A stretch of 40,330 bases of DNA from Phoronis australis (GCA_002633005.1 NMRA01000111.1:610412-650741), one strand, 5' to 3'; shown: positions 14,069 through 27,461, counted from the first letter of the stretch. The notes: a model not told the origin generated them from the sequence alone. Numbers and translations are program-made.

Positions 14069-14258
14069 TGTGCACGGTTTTATGTTTTGTTGCCCTGCGT
14101 TCATGAAATTCTTTGACCACTTTGATTTCTTTCAAATGCTGAAAGTGCAATTTAAAGCATACCTAACTGGCATTTTACGTAGTCTGTGTTCGACTGTATT
14201 GATTCATTTCAGAAACAAAACGTACAGTTTGTTCAATCTCTACTGTTGTCTGCTTCAG

Positions 14259-14359
14259 GTAGAGCTCCCTGCTACAGAACTAGTACTGGCACCACGAGAT
14301 GATGCCGCAGAGTTTGATGATGTACCAGCTGATCAGAGTGACTACAACGATGACAAAAG
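14259..14359 (+). CDS. DCTN4: Dynactin subunit 4 exon
   Basis: Boundaries cttcag| and |gttggt. Encodes VELPATELVLAPRDDAAEFDDVPADQSDYNDDK, versus recalled PKELVLAGKDAAAEYDE...FQDD. Phase 0 in, phase 2 out. Confidence 0.94.
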
Positions 14360-14379
14360 GTTGGTGTTTCACTCCATTC

Positions 14380-14721
14380 GTAAATTTCCTGTGGTGCGCC
14401 CTAGTGGCATATTTTTCCTTCCATGGCTGTATCTCCTTAACCCCTTGCACAATCTTTTTTAACTTTGGTGTGTTCCAACAAATTTGACAACACATGGCCA
14501 GATCAGATCATTACAGCTACTATGCCTCCAATTCGATTTTTTTCATACATTTTACCTCTGTTTCTTAGGACTTCCTCATCAGATTTTCATGAAATATGAC
14601 GAATAGTTTTCTATTACTGAGAAGATATATTCTGTGCCATTTAGTGGCGATTTATGTGATACTAATAAACACCCCAGGAAGCAGTTGTGGGCACATTTTA
14701 ATGCTAGGTGTTGCTCTTGTT
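14380..14721 (+). mobile_element. HINE-like core and 3' tail fragment
   Basis: GCGCCCTAGTGGC core, ggctgtatctccttaa, and tail TGTGGGCACATTTT...TTGCTCTTGTT. Confidence 0.6.
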
Positions 14722-14814
14722 AAGGGTTCATATGTAATGGAAATTGTAATGTCATTCAATCATGTGCGCATGAACTTTCATGTTACTTATGGTGATTTCT
14801 CTGGATCTTTTTAG

Positions 14815-14893
14815 CATAATTGTGTTCCGAAAGGCAAATAAGATTGGATTTCGTATGAAGATCATCCCGAATAAGGCGATTGGTGATGTAAAG
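14815..14893 (+). CDS. DCTN4: Dynactin subunit 4 exon
   Basis: Boundaries ttttag| and |gtaagc. Encodes (S)IIVFRKANKIGFRMKIIPNKAIGDVK, versus recalled IIAFRKANKVG. Phase 2 in, phase 0 out. Confidence 0.94.
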
Positions 14894-16384
14894 GTAAGCT
14901 TTTGTGTTGCCTTTTCTTTTTTTTTCCTCCATTATATTCTTTGTTGGCTATAGGAAGCATATTGACAGAGATTGTGTGACTTGGTATAATTATAGTTTAC
15001 GAAAACAACCATGTGATTCACATGGGGGGATGCCTACCATTTCACTCATGTCAGAACACATCCAGAAGAGCTGTACAACAATAGCCACACAAGATTTCAT
15101 AGTGACATTGCTGGATGTTAAGGTCTGTGTTTTATTAAAATATGGAATGGTTTGACCATTGTTGTTATCATTTTAACATAGGTTTTATTTTTTATGTGGA
15201 TATGTATGGTGACATTTACAAATATTTGATAGAATCCAAAACAGTTGACGGACAGTCGGTGAAAAATTGTATAAAATCTGGAATTATTTTAGTTACTTTC
15301 AGAGGTGCTGCGTTGATCAAATTTTACACCATAATTTCAATGTTACTGTTGTCGTCAAGTGCAGTGTCAGACCATCTTAGAATGTCAAAAATGAATGGAA
15401 CACAGTCTTCATAAAAGCATTGAAAACTTGAATCCAGAGACCAGTTGAGCTCAATTTTCCACTGGGCTCAAAAAAGGGAAAACTAGTTTGCACTGAACTT
15501 AGACGACTTTATTATCATAGATGTTCCATACAGTGTTTCATGTTGTACCCCATGAATGAGTGAGTGCAGACAGTTACTGACCAATGCTAATAGCTTTTGG
15601 TGTGATGATAAACTGAATACTTGTTCAAGTCAATCACACTGTACATGCGCATGTCTACTCAAACAAAATGTCTGATGCAATGTCTGTTGTATGCTCCAGC
15701 CAGTGTTGTGAAGCCTTGACTTTTGACAAACTCCTGAGTTCTTTCCAGCAACTGCTACACTTGTTGACTCAATAACTAGCTGTATGTGATTCTGTAACTG
15801 CAGCTCAACTGTAACTTTTGCTGTATTAGTATCTTTTAATTGTGATCCTTACTAACCCGTGCTAGGGTATCTATAGTTTCTTAATGTTCTGGAACTTTTC
15901 ACCAATTCAGGCATGTTCTAGAACTTTCCAGAATCAACCCAATCATTCTACTAACAAATGCTAGGCTCTAGAATGTTTCAGACCATGGTTCTGATATTAA
16001 TCACTAGTAAGACAGCCAAATAAAACCTATTTAGAACTAATATTATACCAGTGTCGGTCTACTCCTGACACAGTGAAAGCTATATGTTGAACAAACTGTT
16101 ACATGGTTGCCCTTAAATGCCTGGTGGATGAAGTTGAGGCTAAAAATTCATTTGGTTTTTTTAAAGCATTTACTGACTTCAGCGCTCCAATTTTTTGACG
16201 TCTTTCGAAAACGCAAAAATTATCATTGTTGAGCTTCATACAATGATACATGTGGTATTACAAGTTACAATGTTTAGAGCTGAAAATTACAATTCATAGT
16301 CACCGGCTTTCACCAAAGAATACTGGCAATACAAAGACTTAGATGATAGTCCTTACCTTCCAAATGTTAATCTCTTGTTAGATC

Positions 16385-17100
16385 ATCTCGTAGGTTGACA
16401 AGCCCGCACACACAATCTAGTAGTTATCCACTGATTTTATGCTTGCCATTGTATTGGCTGCCCAAGTGAATTCTTATAGCATTGGCAATCCTCTGTTTTT
16501 GTCAGCTCCTCTTGACTAAGGTGCGACTTACTCTTGGTGAAAGGAGGTATGTTTAACATAACTCGTCTTGGATACATTAAGTCATCACTAGTGAAACCCT
16601 TGCCTGCCATAATTTGGTCATTAGGTAAAAGGTCCAAAAAGCTAGATTTTTCAACACTATTAGTATATTTGTAACTACACTTATGCCCAAATACTTTGGA
16701 TAACGTACATAGTACATGCAATTGTTAAAATGAGTACCATGATGGTATTGTGCAATTTGTACTGGCTACATGTTTCTTCCCTACTTCTGAGATCTGGTGG
16801 TCGCTGAAGGAACGTTTCTGCACAGTCAGTTACATAATATGTTAAACTGTGATATATTGATTACTAGTCGAGCCACATTTAATATTTAAATTTTTGATGT
16901 CTCCAGCAATATTTCCTTGGGCGAAATATCAATTATTTATGTTGTTATGGTAAAATTCTCCAATTTTGGACAGTGAAAAATTAAGCAACTTTACTCAAGG
17001 CGAGAGCTTGTCACAAATTCTTAAAATATGCAATACTGGACATGCCAAATTCAAGACTCACCGCACAGACAGCAAAATTAACCATGTCTGAAATTCTGTA
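16385..17100 (-). pseudogene. Degenerate PIF/Harbinger (DDE_Tnp_4, HARBI1-like) transposase
   Basis: Minus-strand motifs in the expected order, with frameshifts: DCAETFLQRPPDL, YKLHNTI, SSFLDLLPNDQIMAGKGF (normally MADKGF), LNIPPFTKSKSHLSQEE, IVCAGL. Confidence 0.8.
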
Positions 17101-20100
17101 ATTAATATGGTACAATATAAGATTCACATGTAACATGTTTCAAAATGCCTTTATACTTTCTAGCACATCACTGATCAGAAACATAGCAGAATTTGGACTA
17201 CTGTTATTTTGTACCGCAATTACAAACCATAATATTCATGTCAACAGGCAAAGCACCTTGGAGGAATGGAACAAATTGAATATAGCAGCCGTATACTGAT
17301 CTGTGATCACTATCTTCCGACGAACTATCAAAACTGTGGTTAAAAGCCACAAAACATCAATTCTTAAACAATCAATTTTAAAATACCAAACTTAGATGGA
17401 AAAACATACTTATTTTCATGTAAGATGTCCTGATTATTCCGTCAGTTATAGTATCCCCAATAATATCCCACTGGGATACTGGGCGATCCCGTTGTTTGCA
17501 CGCAATTGTTCACCATACGATCGTGACTTAGAAATGCCTTTTGAATGTGTTTTTTTATTGCAAAAGACGGCAAATGTGAAAACTGTTACCCCATCAATTC
17601 CCAAGTAACGTACACGGCTTGTTTTTCAGCATAGTAGTTTTAATTACAAAGAAAGTCTCAAGCCCATGTTTCTGGAGATAAGTGCGTGCAAATTTATGAG
17701 TCATCTGTCCCTCACATTTTGCTGCCAATGTGACGTATACTCTAGCGCTCTAAGTGTGGGAACTTGTGCGTGTACACCACTCCAGACTTGCACTTCAAAA
17801 GAGAATGGCGACAGTCCTAAATAAAAGAGTATACTGGCTTGGCTCTCTTGTGCACCCGGTTGTTTATATGACACCCCCACCACCCCTCCACAAATATTGG
17901 CCCGTGGGCCATTGTTCAGAAAAGGTTTTATATATTGGTCCTCTGTCCTTGTCAATGTTGCTAGCCCACTTTCCCATTAGTGGCTCATTGTTTCCAAAAG
18001 TATTCCTGAGTTTATATTTGGCTACTTGAAAACATGCAATAAGTACAATCTATACACCCCTGGGCTAACCTAGTGTCTCAGTTGTTTGAATAAAGCAGCT
18101 TAAAATATCTGTACAAATTGCTCTCTTTGATTAGATGACCAGTCTTTTACTTTTTACATTGAAGGCTTTGTTACAGTATCTCTTCATAAACTCAGGTGCG
18201 ATAGTATTTTACTTGTTGGTAGTGTAGCCAACTTGTGTTTTGAATGTACACAAACTCATACTTATGTTGATACTGAAATTGAAAGGGTACCAAATGACAT
18301 CTGCTTTTGTACAAATTGTACATTCCTCCGCATTCAAGCTCATCCTCCTGTATCTGAAAAAAACAGTTCATCCATAATCATCAGTACTGCTTACCAGGAG
18401 CTCTCTAGATTATTTGACACATTGGCTTTTTGTGGTGTACTACGGTATATGATAACAAATATTCCTACATCATGGCTATTGTTTTTAGCAGCTTTTGTCA
18501 CCTTGGAGTGTTTTTCCTTTCCCAGCCTCTACAATTCTTTTTAGGAACACCTTATTACTCTCTGTGAATCACTTTTATATGCGTCATTTTCTCTTTAATA
18601 GCAATATGGCATTTCTGGCATGTGAAAATAAGGCGTTTTTAGGTGCAGTTTGTACAGAATGGAAATACCTCTTGAATGACTCTTTATAGGCCTAAATGGT
18701 AATGAGAACCCCTGTGTGGTCCCTAATCAGGAAGTGGTTTAGTAACATTTTGAGTCATATTGAAAGTGGTTCATATTTCTTATCAGAGGTCGATTTCCTT
18801 AACAAGAAATCACAGATCAGTCCAGTTTGATTCATTGAGTATCAAGTAAACAGGAGTGGTTTGTTTACCAGTGAAAAGGTCAGCATGTACGTGGATTTTT
18901 TTACCACACTCTTCATGTTTAGCTTAATGCTCTCCCAGTGAAATTTCTGCATTTTCACTTTTAAATGCCTGTGTTTAGCATAAGACTGGCCTCCTTCAAC
19001 AGCACCTTGTCTTACTTGATTGGAAGTAAACCGTACTCTGGTTAGTACTGTTTTATTTGACTCTTGCACGCTAGTCTGACATACAAAATGTAGCTCTGTT
19101 GGCATTCACCTAATCATTTGTTTAGGTAAATGCCTACTCCCCACATTTCTCCCCTGTACCCTCCCTCTGGCCTGATTTTCGATTGCCCACCTAAATTGCC
19201 CTTGGCCTTAAACCCAGGTGAGTGGTACGGCCATGCCTCACAAAGGTCTTTCAGAAGTTTTTTTTTCTATTCTAACTTGTACGGTAACACTACAGTTTCT
19301 TAGTTATCTTTGAATAGGACATCCTGCTTTTTTGAAATTCAAAACAATGAGATTGTTTTTGCACCTGGTAAATTATTGTAACTATGCACTCAGGAGCTTG
19401 AACTCAATTTGTGTGTTAGTTAATGTACATAGGTAGTTTCTGTTTTCTTTTGGTGGTTAAGATGTCTTATTAAATTTCTATTTAGACTTTAGGGTGCAGC
19501 TGTCCCTTACATTGTGTTCAATTTCCTGATCACAACTCATTTGAAATCATGGCACAAATTTCCTGGAGCTACTAGCTGGTATCACTGCATAAACTGTTAT
19601 GCCATGCAAATTAGTGGCCTGTTTTTGATGATTTCAATGCAAAATTTTAACATTTTCGTAAAAATAAGAGCAAAATGATTATTTAGAGAACTGTAACAGT
19701 ATTTTTGAAGTTTTATTTTTGTAACAAACAAAATTTGTATTAAACCCGTTATTTTGCTTTCGAAGTTAAGTTTCTTCAAATTAAAGCTTATCTTGAACGA
19801 CAACACCTGTAAACTTGGTTCTTACAGTATGTTAAGAGCATCGCTTGATCTGAATCCACTGGTGCCATAAATTGCCAAATGTAACGTAATGTTAGGTGTA
19901 TTGGCTTGCTTTTGTCTACGTCACCACAAGAATCGCCTATTAATTCAAACAGCTGCGAATAACACCCACACACAATGGTGTTCTGTTCAGACCCCTGTTC
20001 AATACAACTGTTATCGTCCTCTTGTTGTTTGTGCTGGGATCTCGCGGTGACGCAACATGGCACGAAAAGGCAGCTTCACATATCATTTGACGGGCTTACA

Positions 20101-20495
20101 TTTGCACGAATGAACTCACGTTTTCTTATTTTACTAAGGCTTTGCTAGGACTATCACAATGTGGTGAATCAGTAAACATTTATTTTATCAACATTGTCAA
20201 CAAGAGTAAACAAGAAGACAGTTTTCTTAAGTATTTGAAATCCTTTCTATAGTACGGCTGTCATCAAACATCATGATGAAATTTTGAATATTTTGTCAAT
20301 AAACTAAGCGTTTGAAAATGAAAAAAAAGACAATTTTGGCGATTATTTTGGTTCAAATTTGAGGAAACTTTACCGTTTCATTCTTTTTTTGCTAAATTTT
20401 ACCAAAAAAAGACACGGCTATGTGACCCAATTAATGGCAAACATATCACGAGAATGACTTGGATCGGACATCAGTGCTGATATGGCAAACATCTC

Positions 20496-21056
20496 ACCAA
20501 GCACTACCCAAACACTCGTCAGTTTTCTCTATGAGTGACTGTTTCTGAACAATCTGAGATTTTCTGATGATCGTTCGTTTATTGCCTGATCATTCCCACT
20601 TTCTTATTGACCCTCATTGTGCAAGCATTTAAGTCCTTGAAGCACACGTTTTTAACTCTTATCAAACGGTTAGAAGACATTACAAGGAACCACGCGGTAT
20701 TCATACCATAACCAATTCACAATCCGTAGTTGAAGAAAGTTTAAATAAACACGTNAAGAATATGCCGGAGTTGCGAATCTGTTGTCTATAATCTATGACC
20801 AAGCACTACCCAAACACTCGTCAGTTTTCTCTATGAGTGACTGTTTCTGAACAATCTGAGATTTTCTGATGATCGTTCGTTTATTGCCTGATCATTCCCA
20901 CTTTCTTATTGACCCTCATTGTGCAAGCATTTAAGTCCTTGAAGCACACGTTTTTAACTCTTATCAAACGGTTAGAAGACATTACAAGGAACCACGCGGT
21001 ATTCATACCATAACCAATTCACAATCCGTAGTTGAAGAAAGTTTAAATAAACACGT
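20496..21056. repeat. 259-bp direct duplication (20496-20754 and 20798-21056) across a single N
   Basis: The copies appear identical. The first ends exactly at N20755, so an assembly overlap is probable. Confidence 0.9.
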
Positions 21057-22582
21057 AAATCACTATTCCAACTCGAAGATCACACCGCCATTTTGAACTA
21101 TACCGGAAGTACACTTCATTCGGGAACCCAGGCTTAGTATACGCCATCTGTTAGACTGGAGCAGTGTCTGTTACCAGCCTGAAAACGGGGATAAAATAAT
21201 GGACTGCAGATCTCAACTTTAATAAAACCAAATAAGGACAATTTGTACTGAAAATTTTAACAAAATGTGGCAAAATAAATTTTGACAGAAATCATTTTGC
21301 CGGGCTCGGACTTGCAGCCGATGACCCGGTGCAGACCGATCCAGACCACTCGCACTGACAAAAGATGAAGGCATGCTGTCCCCGGCTGTTTTATCAGAAT
21401 AAATTGATTCAAATCGTGAATGCCGTATACATGCAAAGATAGTGTCCGACACTTGTATAAAATTACGGACTAGTAACAGTCCTCTGCCAATGACTGAATA
21501 ACAATCGGGACTGACTATGGCGCATGAGACTAGGCTAAGCGTGCTTTACTGGGTTTAATTTACTCTGGTAGACAAACAGTATAGACAGAACAACGAACAT
21601 GCAACATCAAATTAATGAATAAAATTGCTATACAGTTAGAATATCTTGACAGTTAAACTTGAGAAAATATGGAAAATAAACTTAGACGCAACTTAATTCG
21701 CTATGGCCGGGCGGTTGACGAATACCATTTGGTGGTGAAATAACTTCAGGTACAAAAACCTGCCATGGTGCCAAAGTGGGGTAATTTAAGTATTAGTAAG
21801 TTTAAAGTAAAAAGAATAATTCCCAGAAACATTCGTATACACTGCTAGCCGGGCGGAGCCAGACTGCCTGGCCTGCCGTGTGCCGGCGGACATCTGTGCT
21901 CCGCAGGGCAACATGAAAACATTAATTAGCTACCCGACCCTGAATGAGTGAAATTCCTGTGACAAAGAGATTAAAAAATACTGCGTCATGCTCCTAACAC
22001 TGCAATATATTCCTGTCGCCGACATTCAGCATTGAGCTCAGTGATTAAAATTGACTACACTCTCCCCCCCCGCTCCGGTTTTTGCGGTGCGGAATTTTCA
22101 TATTTAGACATGAACAGAGGTATATATTGTTAGTTTGTTTTTGTGAGTTTTGAAAATTTATTTTCCCTGATAATTGAAAATCAAAGTCTCTTTAGCAAGT
22201 GATTATCAGTTCCCGGCTAAAGGTCACGGCGCAGTGCTGTAGTGGGGCGTGGGCGCATGTATGCGCAGCCAACCACCTTTTTGCGCCCACCCACCATCAA
22301 AAAGGAGGCCTACATGTTTGTGAGTCAGATTCTGGGAGTTCAATGCACCTTTAAAATTCAGTGCTCAAGGCGATACGATGGGCTTTGGGCACCTACTTAC
22401 CTCTAATTTTNACTGGTGTTGGAGGAGGAATTGATGTCTTCGGCAATACTGTTGTTGGTGTTGCTTACTGTCGGTGATGTTGTGCTTATGCACCACCGTT
22501 GGTGTCATGGTAGATGCCATCTATGATGTCCTTATTTATGTTGATTATGCCAAGTGTATATTTCCATGAAAGTGTTTTCATC

Positions 22583-25500
22583 TTCATGCGCCCACATATT
22601 TATATGTGGACGCATGCCGTCATCTCGGTCCATCCGTTCGGCATCCGTCCGGTGTCCGGCGTCCGCTGCTCTATCTCTAAAACCGAGTGACGTATGTTCA
22701 TGAAATTTTGCACGTGTTCCTTTTATGGATGGGACGGCATGAGCAAACTTTTGGACGGATCCGACTACCGGTGTGCCCCCTAGTGGCAATTTTAGTTTTT
22801 TACGTTTACCTCTGCATCTTCAAAAGTCCTTAACATATTTTCACAAAATTTGGTATTTAGCAAGGCTTGGAATTTTCAGCGTAAAAGCAGATTTCCGCTT
22901 TTTTCTTTTATTCCCTCTGCGTATTTTCGTTATACTTCCGCGAAAAAAATCAGATTTGCCATAAAATTGTCGCGGCTAATTGGTTTCTCACCGTGGCGTT
23001 GCCGATGGCTCGAAAAGCGGAAACTGCTCTTTATGTTTCTGAGGAACGAAAAATGTAATTGTGGATTACTGGCAGGGGCTCGAATTTCCCGATGACTCGT
23101 AACCATATACAAAAAACATGCTTTCTTAGTAGTGAGTGACGTCAGAGGTATTCGAGGAACAGATAAATTCAAGCACCCGTGTCTGGGATAGTGTGGCTCA
23201 TCAATGGTGTCTGCATTTGTTATAAAATCGCGGCAACAAATAGTGCGATTCTGCGGTCAGAAATGCATGGAGCGTGGAGTAGATTGAATATTTCATGGAA
23301 AAGAGGATAAAAGAAACAGTCAATGTCTTCACAAACAACATAAGTCAAGGTTTGTGCTCTGTAAACTTTGAGAGGAACAATTACGGGGTGCGTGGGCGAG
23401 TCACCTCGGACTAAGTTGAAGTCGGAGGACCGACTGTAAACAATGAAACACTAGAAATAACGCTTCCTGAAAGGAAATTCAACCGTAACCGGTTATTCAT
23501 TGGATTGGAATCGTGGGATGTGAGTGATGTATGAAATTCTTTGGTTTGATCCCACATGCCCGTTGCCGTTGCCTGCTAGTGCTATGCCCGACCGTCTGAG
23601 TGCGATTTTCTACATGCCGCTGAAACGGGATACAAAGTGCTATTGTCGTTTCTGCAAATGTGTTTTAAATTGCCTTTTATGTATTTCAATTTATTTTGAC
23701 ATTTTTTGTGTTCTGTTTTGTGACTCGAGTTTTGCAGTTTTGGAGAAGTGATCACGCGATAGATTCTAAAAGATCTGATAGGTCTAAGCCATTGTTTACA
23801 AATTCTGCCAGACTATTTTCAGTATCCTCGCTGATAGTTATTTCTTATGTCACATAGTTTCTTCTCCACCAGTGTGGCTTATGAACAATTAACTCATGTA
23901 ATTACTGTTCAGCCAACTTAGGATTGTGATTGATGCATTCTATAAAGTATGTGGTTTTTGACTTTCATTTTTCTATGCTAACATTTGGGGTATGAGCCAC
24001 AGGTTTTCGTCTTGACTTTTTTCCATTTGTGTTGGAATTAAATTTTTTGTTTGAATTAAATGTGTATGTATTTCAGGCTTTCTAGATAATCTATGGATCG
24101 ATTTTCATTTTTTTGTGTCATTTTGTATCGTAGGCCTAATTATAAGAATTGAAAACAATTTATTAGCCTCCGTCAGTGCAGCAAATCAAGAATAAGCTCC
24201 TGCCTCTTAGACTGCAAATTTTTCATCATTATCGTTATTATTTTAATTTTAAAAAATATTTTTGTTACATCTAATTGCCTTCATTTTTGTTGGTGAAATA
24301 GATGTCAGGTACTGCTTAAGATGAGTGCGTTTTGCCAACACAACACAGTAACTTTCGATCAGTTGAGGTATGGTTTAGATTGAAATGTGTATTTAGGGCC
24401 GTAAAAATTTCCTCTTTTATGTCATGGGTCATTCCAAGCCCCGATTTAGGCATCTATTAGTGAGACGACGGTATCTTCCCCTTTTTTGGATGGATTCAAC
24501 GTAGTTTGCGCCACCTGGTGGCCATTTTTACTGTTTTCGTCTGTTTTTTAGCGTCCACCCCTCTATCAACCACACCGCTCGAAGCATGATTGAAATTGGC
24601 ATGTATGTTCTTACTATGAAGAGAACGGGTGACGATGATTTTCCGACAAATTTGACTACTGTGGCGCCTCCTAGTGGCAGTTTTGTTTTTTGCGCTTAAT
24701 GCTATATCTCCCAAACCGTTTGCAGGGTCTTTAATATATTTAGTAAGTGCATTTATATGATGATGACAACAGACAACAACAACTTTCGGACAGATCTGAC
24801 TACTGGTGCGCCACCTAGTTTCAGTTTTATTTTTTTACGTTTACCTCTGTATCGTCAAAGGTCCTCAATGTATTTTCATGAAATTTGGTGAACAGGCTTC
24901 TGTTAGTGAGGTGACACTATCTTTCCGTTTTCAGATGGATTCGACCTAGTTTGCACCACCTGGTGGCCATTTTTCTGTTTTTAGTCTGTTTTTTGGCGTC
25001 CACCTCTCTACCAACCAAACCGCTTTCAGGATAATTGTGAAAATTGGCCTGTGTGTTTTTACTATGAAATGGACGGGTGACGATGATTTTCTGTTGACTT
25101 TGACTACTGTGGCACCTGCTAGTGGCAGTTTCATTTTTTTGCGTCCATGGCTACGTCTCCTAAACCGTTATTACGATCTTTACTAAATTTAAGAAGTGTG
25201 TTTATATGATGTTGATAACGGACGATGACGATTTTCGGATGGATCTGACTATTGGTGTGCCCCTGGTGGCAATTTTAGTTTTCCATTTACCTCTGTATCT
25301 TCAAAGGTACTCAACGGATTTTCATACAATTTTGAATACGGGCATCTGTATCTCCTTAACTCACTGCAGGATCTTTATTAAATTTAATTTGTAAGTGTAT
25401 TTATATGAAGCTTACAACAGACAATGACGACTTTCAGGCAGATCCAATGAATAGTATGCCCCCTAGTGGTAATTTCATTTTATTCTGTTTTCCTTTGTTT

Positions 25501-25699
25501 CTCTGAAGTTCCTTGATGGCTTTTTATAAAAATTTGGTGTACAGCTTTCTATTTAAGAAGCAATGAAATGTTCTGTTTTCGGATGGATTGTACGTTTTTG
25601 CACCATCTGGTGGCCATTTTTATGACACAAACAATCCTAAAAGCACACTATTTGCGATGCATTCGTGGGCACATTTCAACGCTCCGCGTTGCTCTCGTT
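22583..25699 (+). mobile_element. HINE-like element interrupted by a nested insertion
   Basis: Same head, core and tail as 6309-7958. Removing 22861-24449 restores tggtatttag|gcatctattag, comparable to the intact copy near 6570. Confidence 0.75.
22861..24443. mobile_element. 1583-bp non-autonomous TIR DNA transposon with a 6-bp TSD
   Basis: Termini CAAGGCTTGGAAT and ATTCCAAGCCCCG. ATTTAG is duplicated at 22855-22860 and 24444-24449. A related terminus (AATTCCAAGCCCTG) is at 30551-30564. Confidence 0.85.
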
Positions 25700-25946
25700 G
25701 TTTGATGTACTGTAGTAGAATTTTGTCCTTTGTTTGGCCCTGAGAAAACAAAATGGTTATTTCCAGTGGTCATAGCTCAGTTACATGATGTTCTAAATTT
25801 TGAGGAAAAACCATTACTAAGTTAGGCAGATTAACACCACATTAACCGACAGAACAGCATTTCTGAGGAGGCATTTGGACCTAGTTGTACTGGCCATAGG
25901 CCATATCTTGCAGTTTTTACAATCACTCTGGAAATTTTTGCATAAA

Positions 25947-26138
25947 ATTTTTGGAACTGAATCAGAATCTTGTGACACCATGAGCTTTGGGTAGTCTTTT
26001 GTCACTTAGAATGACTTGTAATATTTTTGGAACTGAATCAGAATCTTGTGACACCATGAGCTTTGGGTAGTCTTTTGTCACTTAGAATGACTTGTAATAT
26101 TTTTGGAACTGAATCAGAATCTTGTGACACCATGAGCT
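25947..26138. repeat. 76-bp tandem repeat, about 2.5 copies
   Basis: GGAACTGAATCAGAATC recurs at 25953, 26029 and 26105. Confidence 0.92.
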
Positions 26139-26452
26139 ACTAAAGTTCGTTTTTTAAACAATGTCCCTGGTCTTTATTTTGGACCAATGATATCTCTTGC
26201 TTTATACCTGTGTAAATATTCTGACAACAGTCCTCTTGGTCATAGACTATAAAGTATGTTTATAAAATTTCATTTGAACCCACCCAGGCATACACTAAAA
26301 ATGATTAAAAGGCCTAGAATAGCCAGTTAAAAAGATTTGCAATATAATTTAAGTCAACCAAAGTTGGGAATTGATTAAATAATGAATTGAAATTTTATGG
26401 GTTGCAATGAAAAATATAGGTGTCCATTTATTTATACATACAACATGTTTGC

Positions 26453-26790
26453 TTACCCTTTGTGGATGCTAATATGTTTAAACTTCACTTGTCTTGGAAA
26501 CAGTAAGTCATCAATAGTGAAACCTTTCTCTGCCCTAGCTTCATAATTGGGTGAAAGGTCTAAAAACAGATTTTTTAACAACGTATTTGTAACTACACGT
26601 ACCCCCATGGTTTGAGTAACATACATGGTATTCCCAACTGATGCAATTGTCACTGTGAGTACTATGGTGGCATTGTGCAATTTGTTCTGGCTATGTGTTT
26701 CATCCCTACTTCTGATATCTGATGGTCGCTGTTTCTCCTCAGTCAGATATACATGTTAAGTTGTGATATATTGATTACTAACCAGGCCAC
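26453..26790 (-). pseudogene. Second Harbinger transposase fragment, homologous to about 16530-16880
   Basis: FLDLSPNYEARAEKGFTIDDLLFPRQV. Nucleotide similarity to the first copy is visible (aagtcatc..tagtgaaacc; ccctacttctga). Confidence 0.75.
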
Positions 26791-26903
26791 ATTACTATTT
26801 TAATCTTCTTTCAAATGCTAAGTCTTGAGTAATAATCTATTCCTGGTACTAAAAAGTCATGTGAATTTGCTTGTCACTGATTGGAAAATGTTTCATATTT
26901 CAG

Positions 26904-27029
26904 ATAAGTTTCCGCCTGAAGCATGACTATATCAACACCACAGTTGCTTTGCAGTCTGAAAGCCAAGAACCATCAGTGTCCTGGCTTCAACATAATGTGT
27001 TTGTGAATCTTGGACCTGTAACTCAGTGA
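26904..27029 (+). CDS. DCTN4: Dynactin subunit 4 terminal coding exon (stop TGA at 27027-27029)
   Basis: Acceptor tttcag|. Encodes ISFRLKHDYINTTVALQSESQEPSVSWLQHNVFVNLGPVTQ*, versus recalled C-terminus FKMKHDF...WLTQHVELSLGP. Preceded by a 12-kb intron. Confidence 0.92.
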   Translation: MSFRLKHDYINTTVALQSESQEPSVSWLQHNVFVNLGPVTQ

Positions 27030-27461
27030 GCGTGAATACCAACAAGAATTTATGTGGTCATGGGCATTCACTTATGTTGAGTGTAAAAATATCTGCATGG
27101 AGTAACTTACATAAGCCTGCCAATTTTGTTGCGTGCTCGAATATAGATTGCAATAGAACTGGGAAAATCCCAGCATTTTGATTACAAATGTTCTCATGGT
27201 TATTGCATTATTTTGTCCTCGGTGATGAGAGTAAGTTATAATGGATGTTAGATCGTGCTTACACCTGGATTATATCAATGGTAAAGTTATTGCAGCACAG
27301 GTGTAATACACGACTACAAAGAACTATAATGCTTACTAAGTTATGTTTTGTTACTAAGATGTGTGTTGTGCTAGGTAGTGTATGTTTCAGTTGAAGTAGG
27401 TAAGTCACTTTTTGGCAATAGCGGAGCAAGAAATCTTAATATCAACATCGGAAAATGTTCA

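Noticed and set aside
14013-14462. 149-aa ORF with MSII repeats
   Set aside because: It arises from the 12-bp tandem repeat and intron sequence running in frame into a DCTN4 exon.
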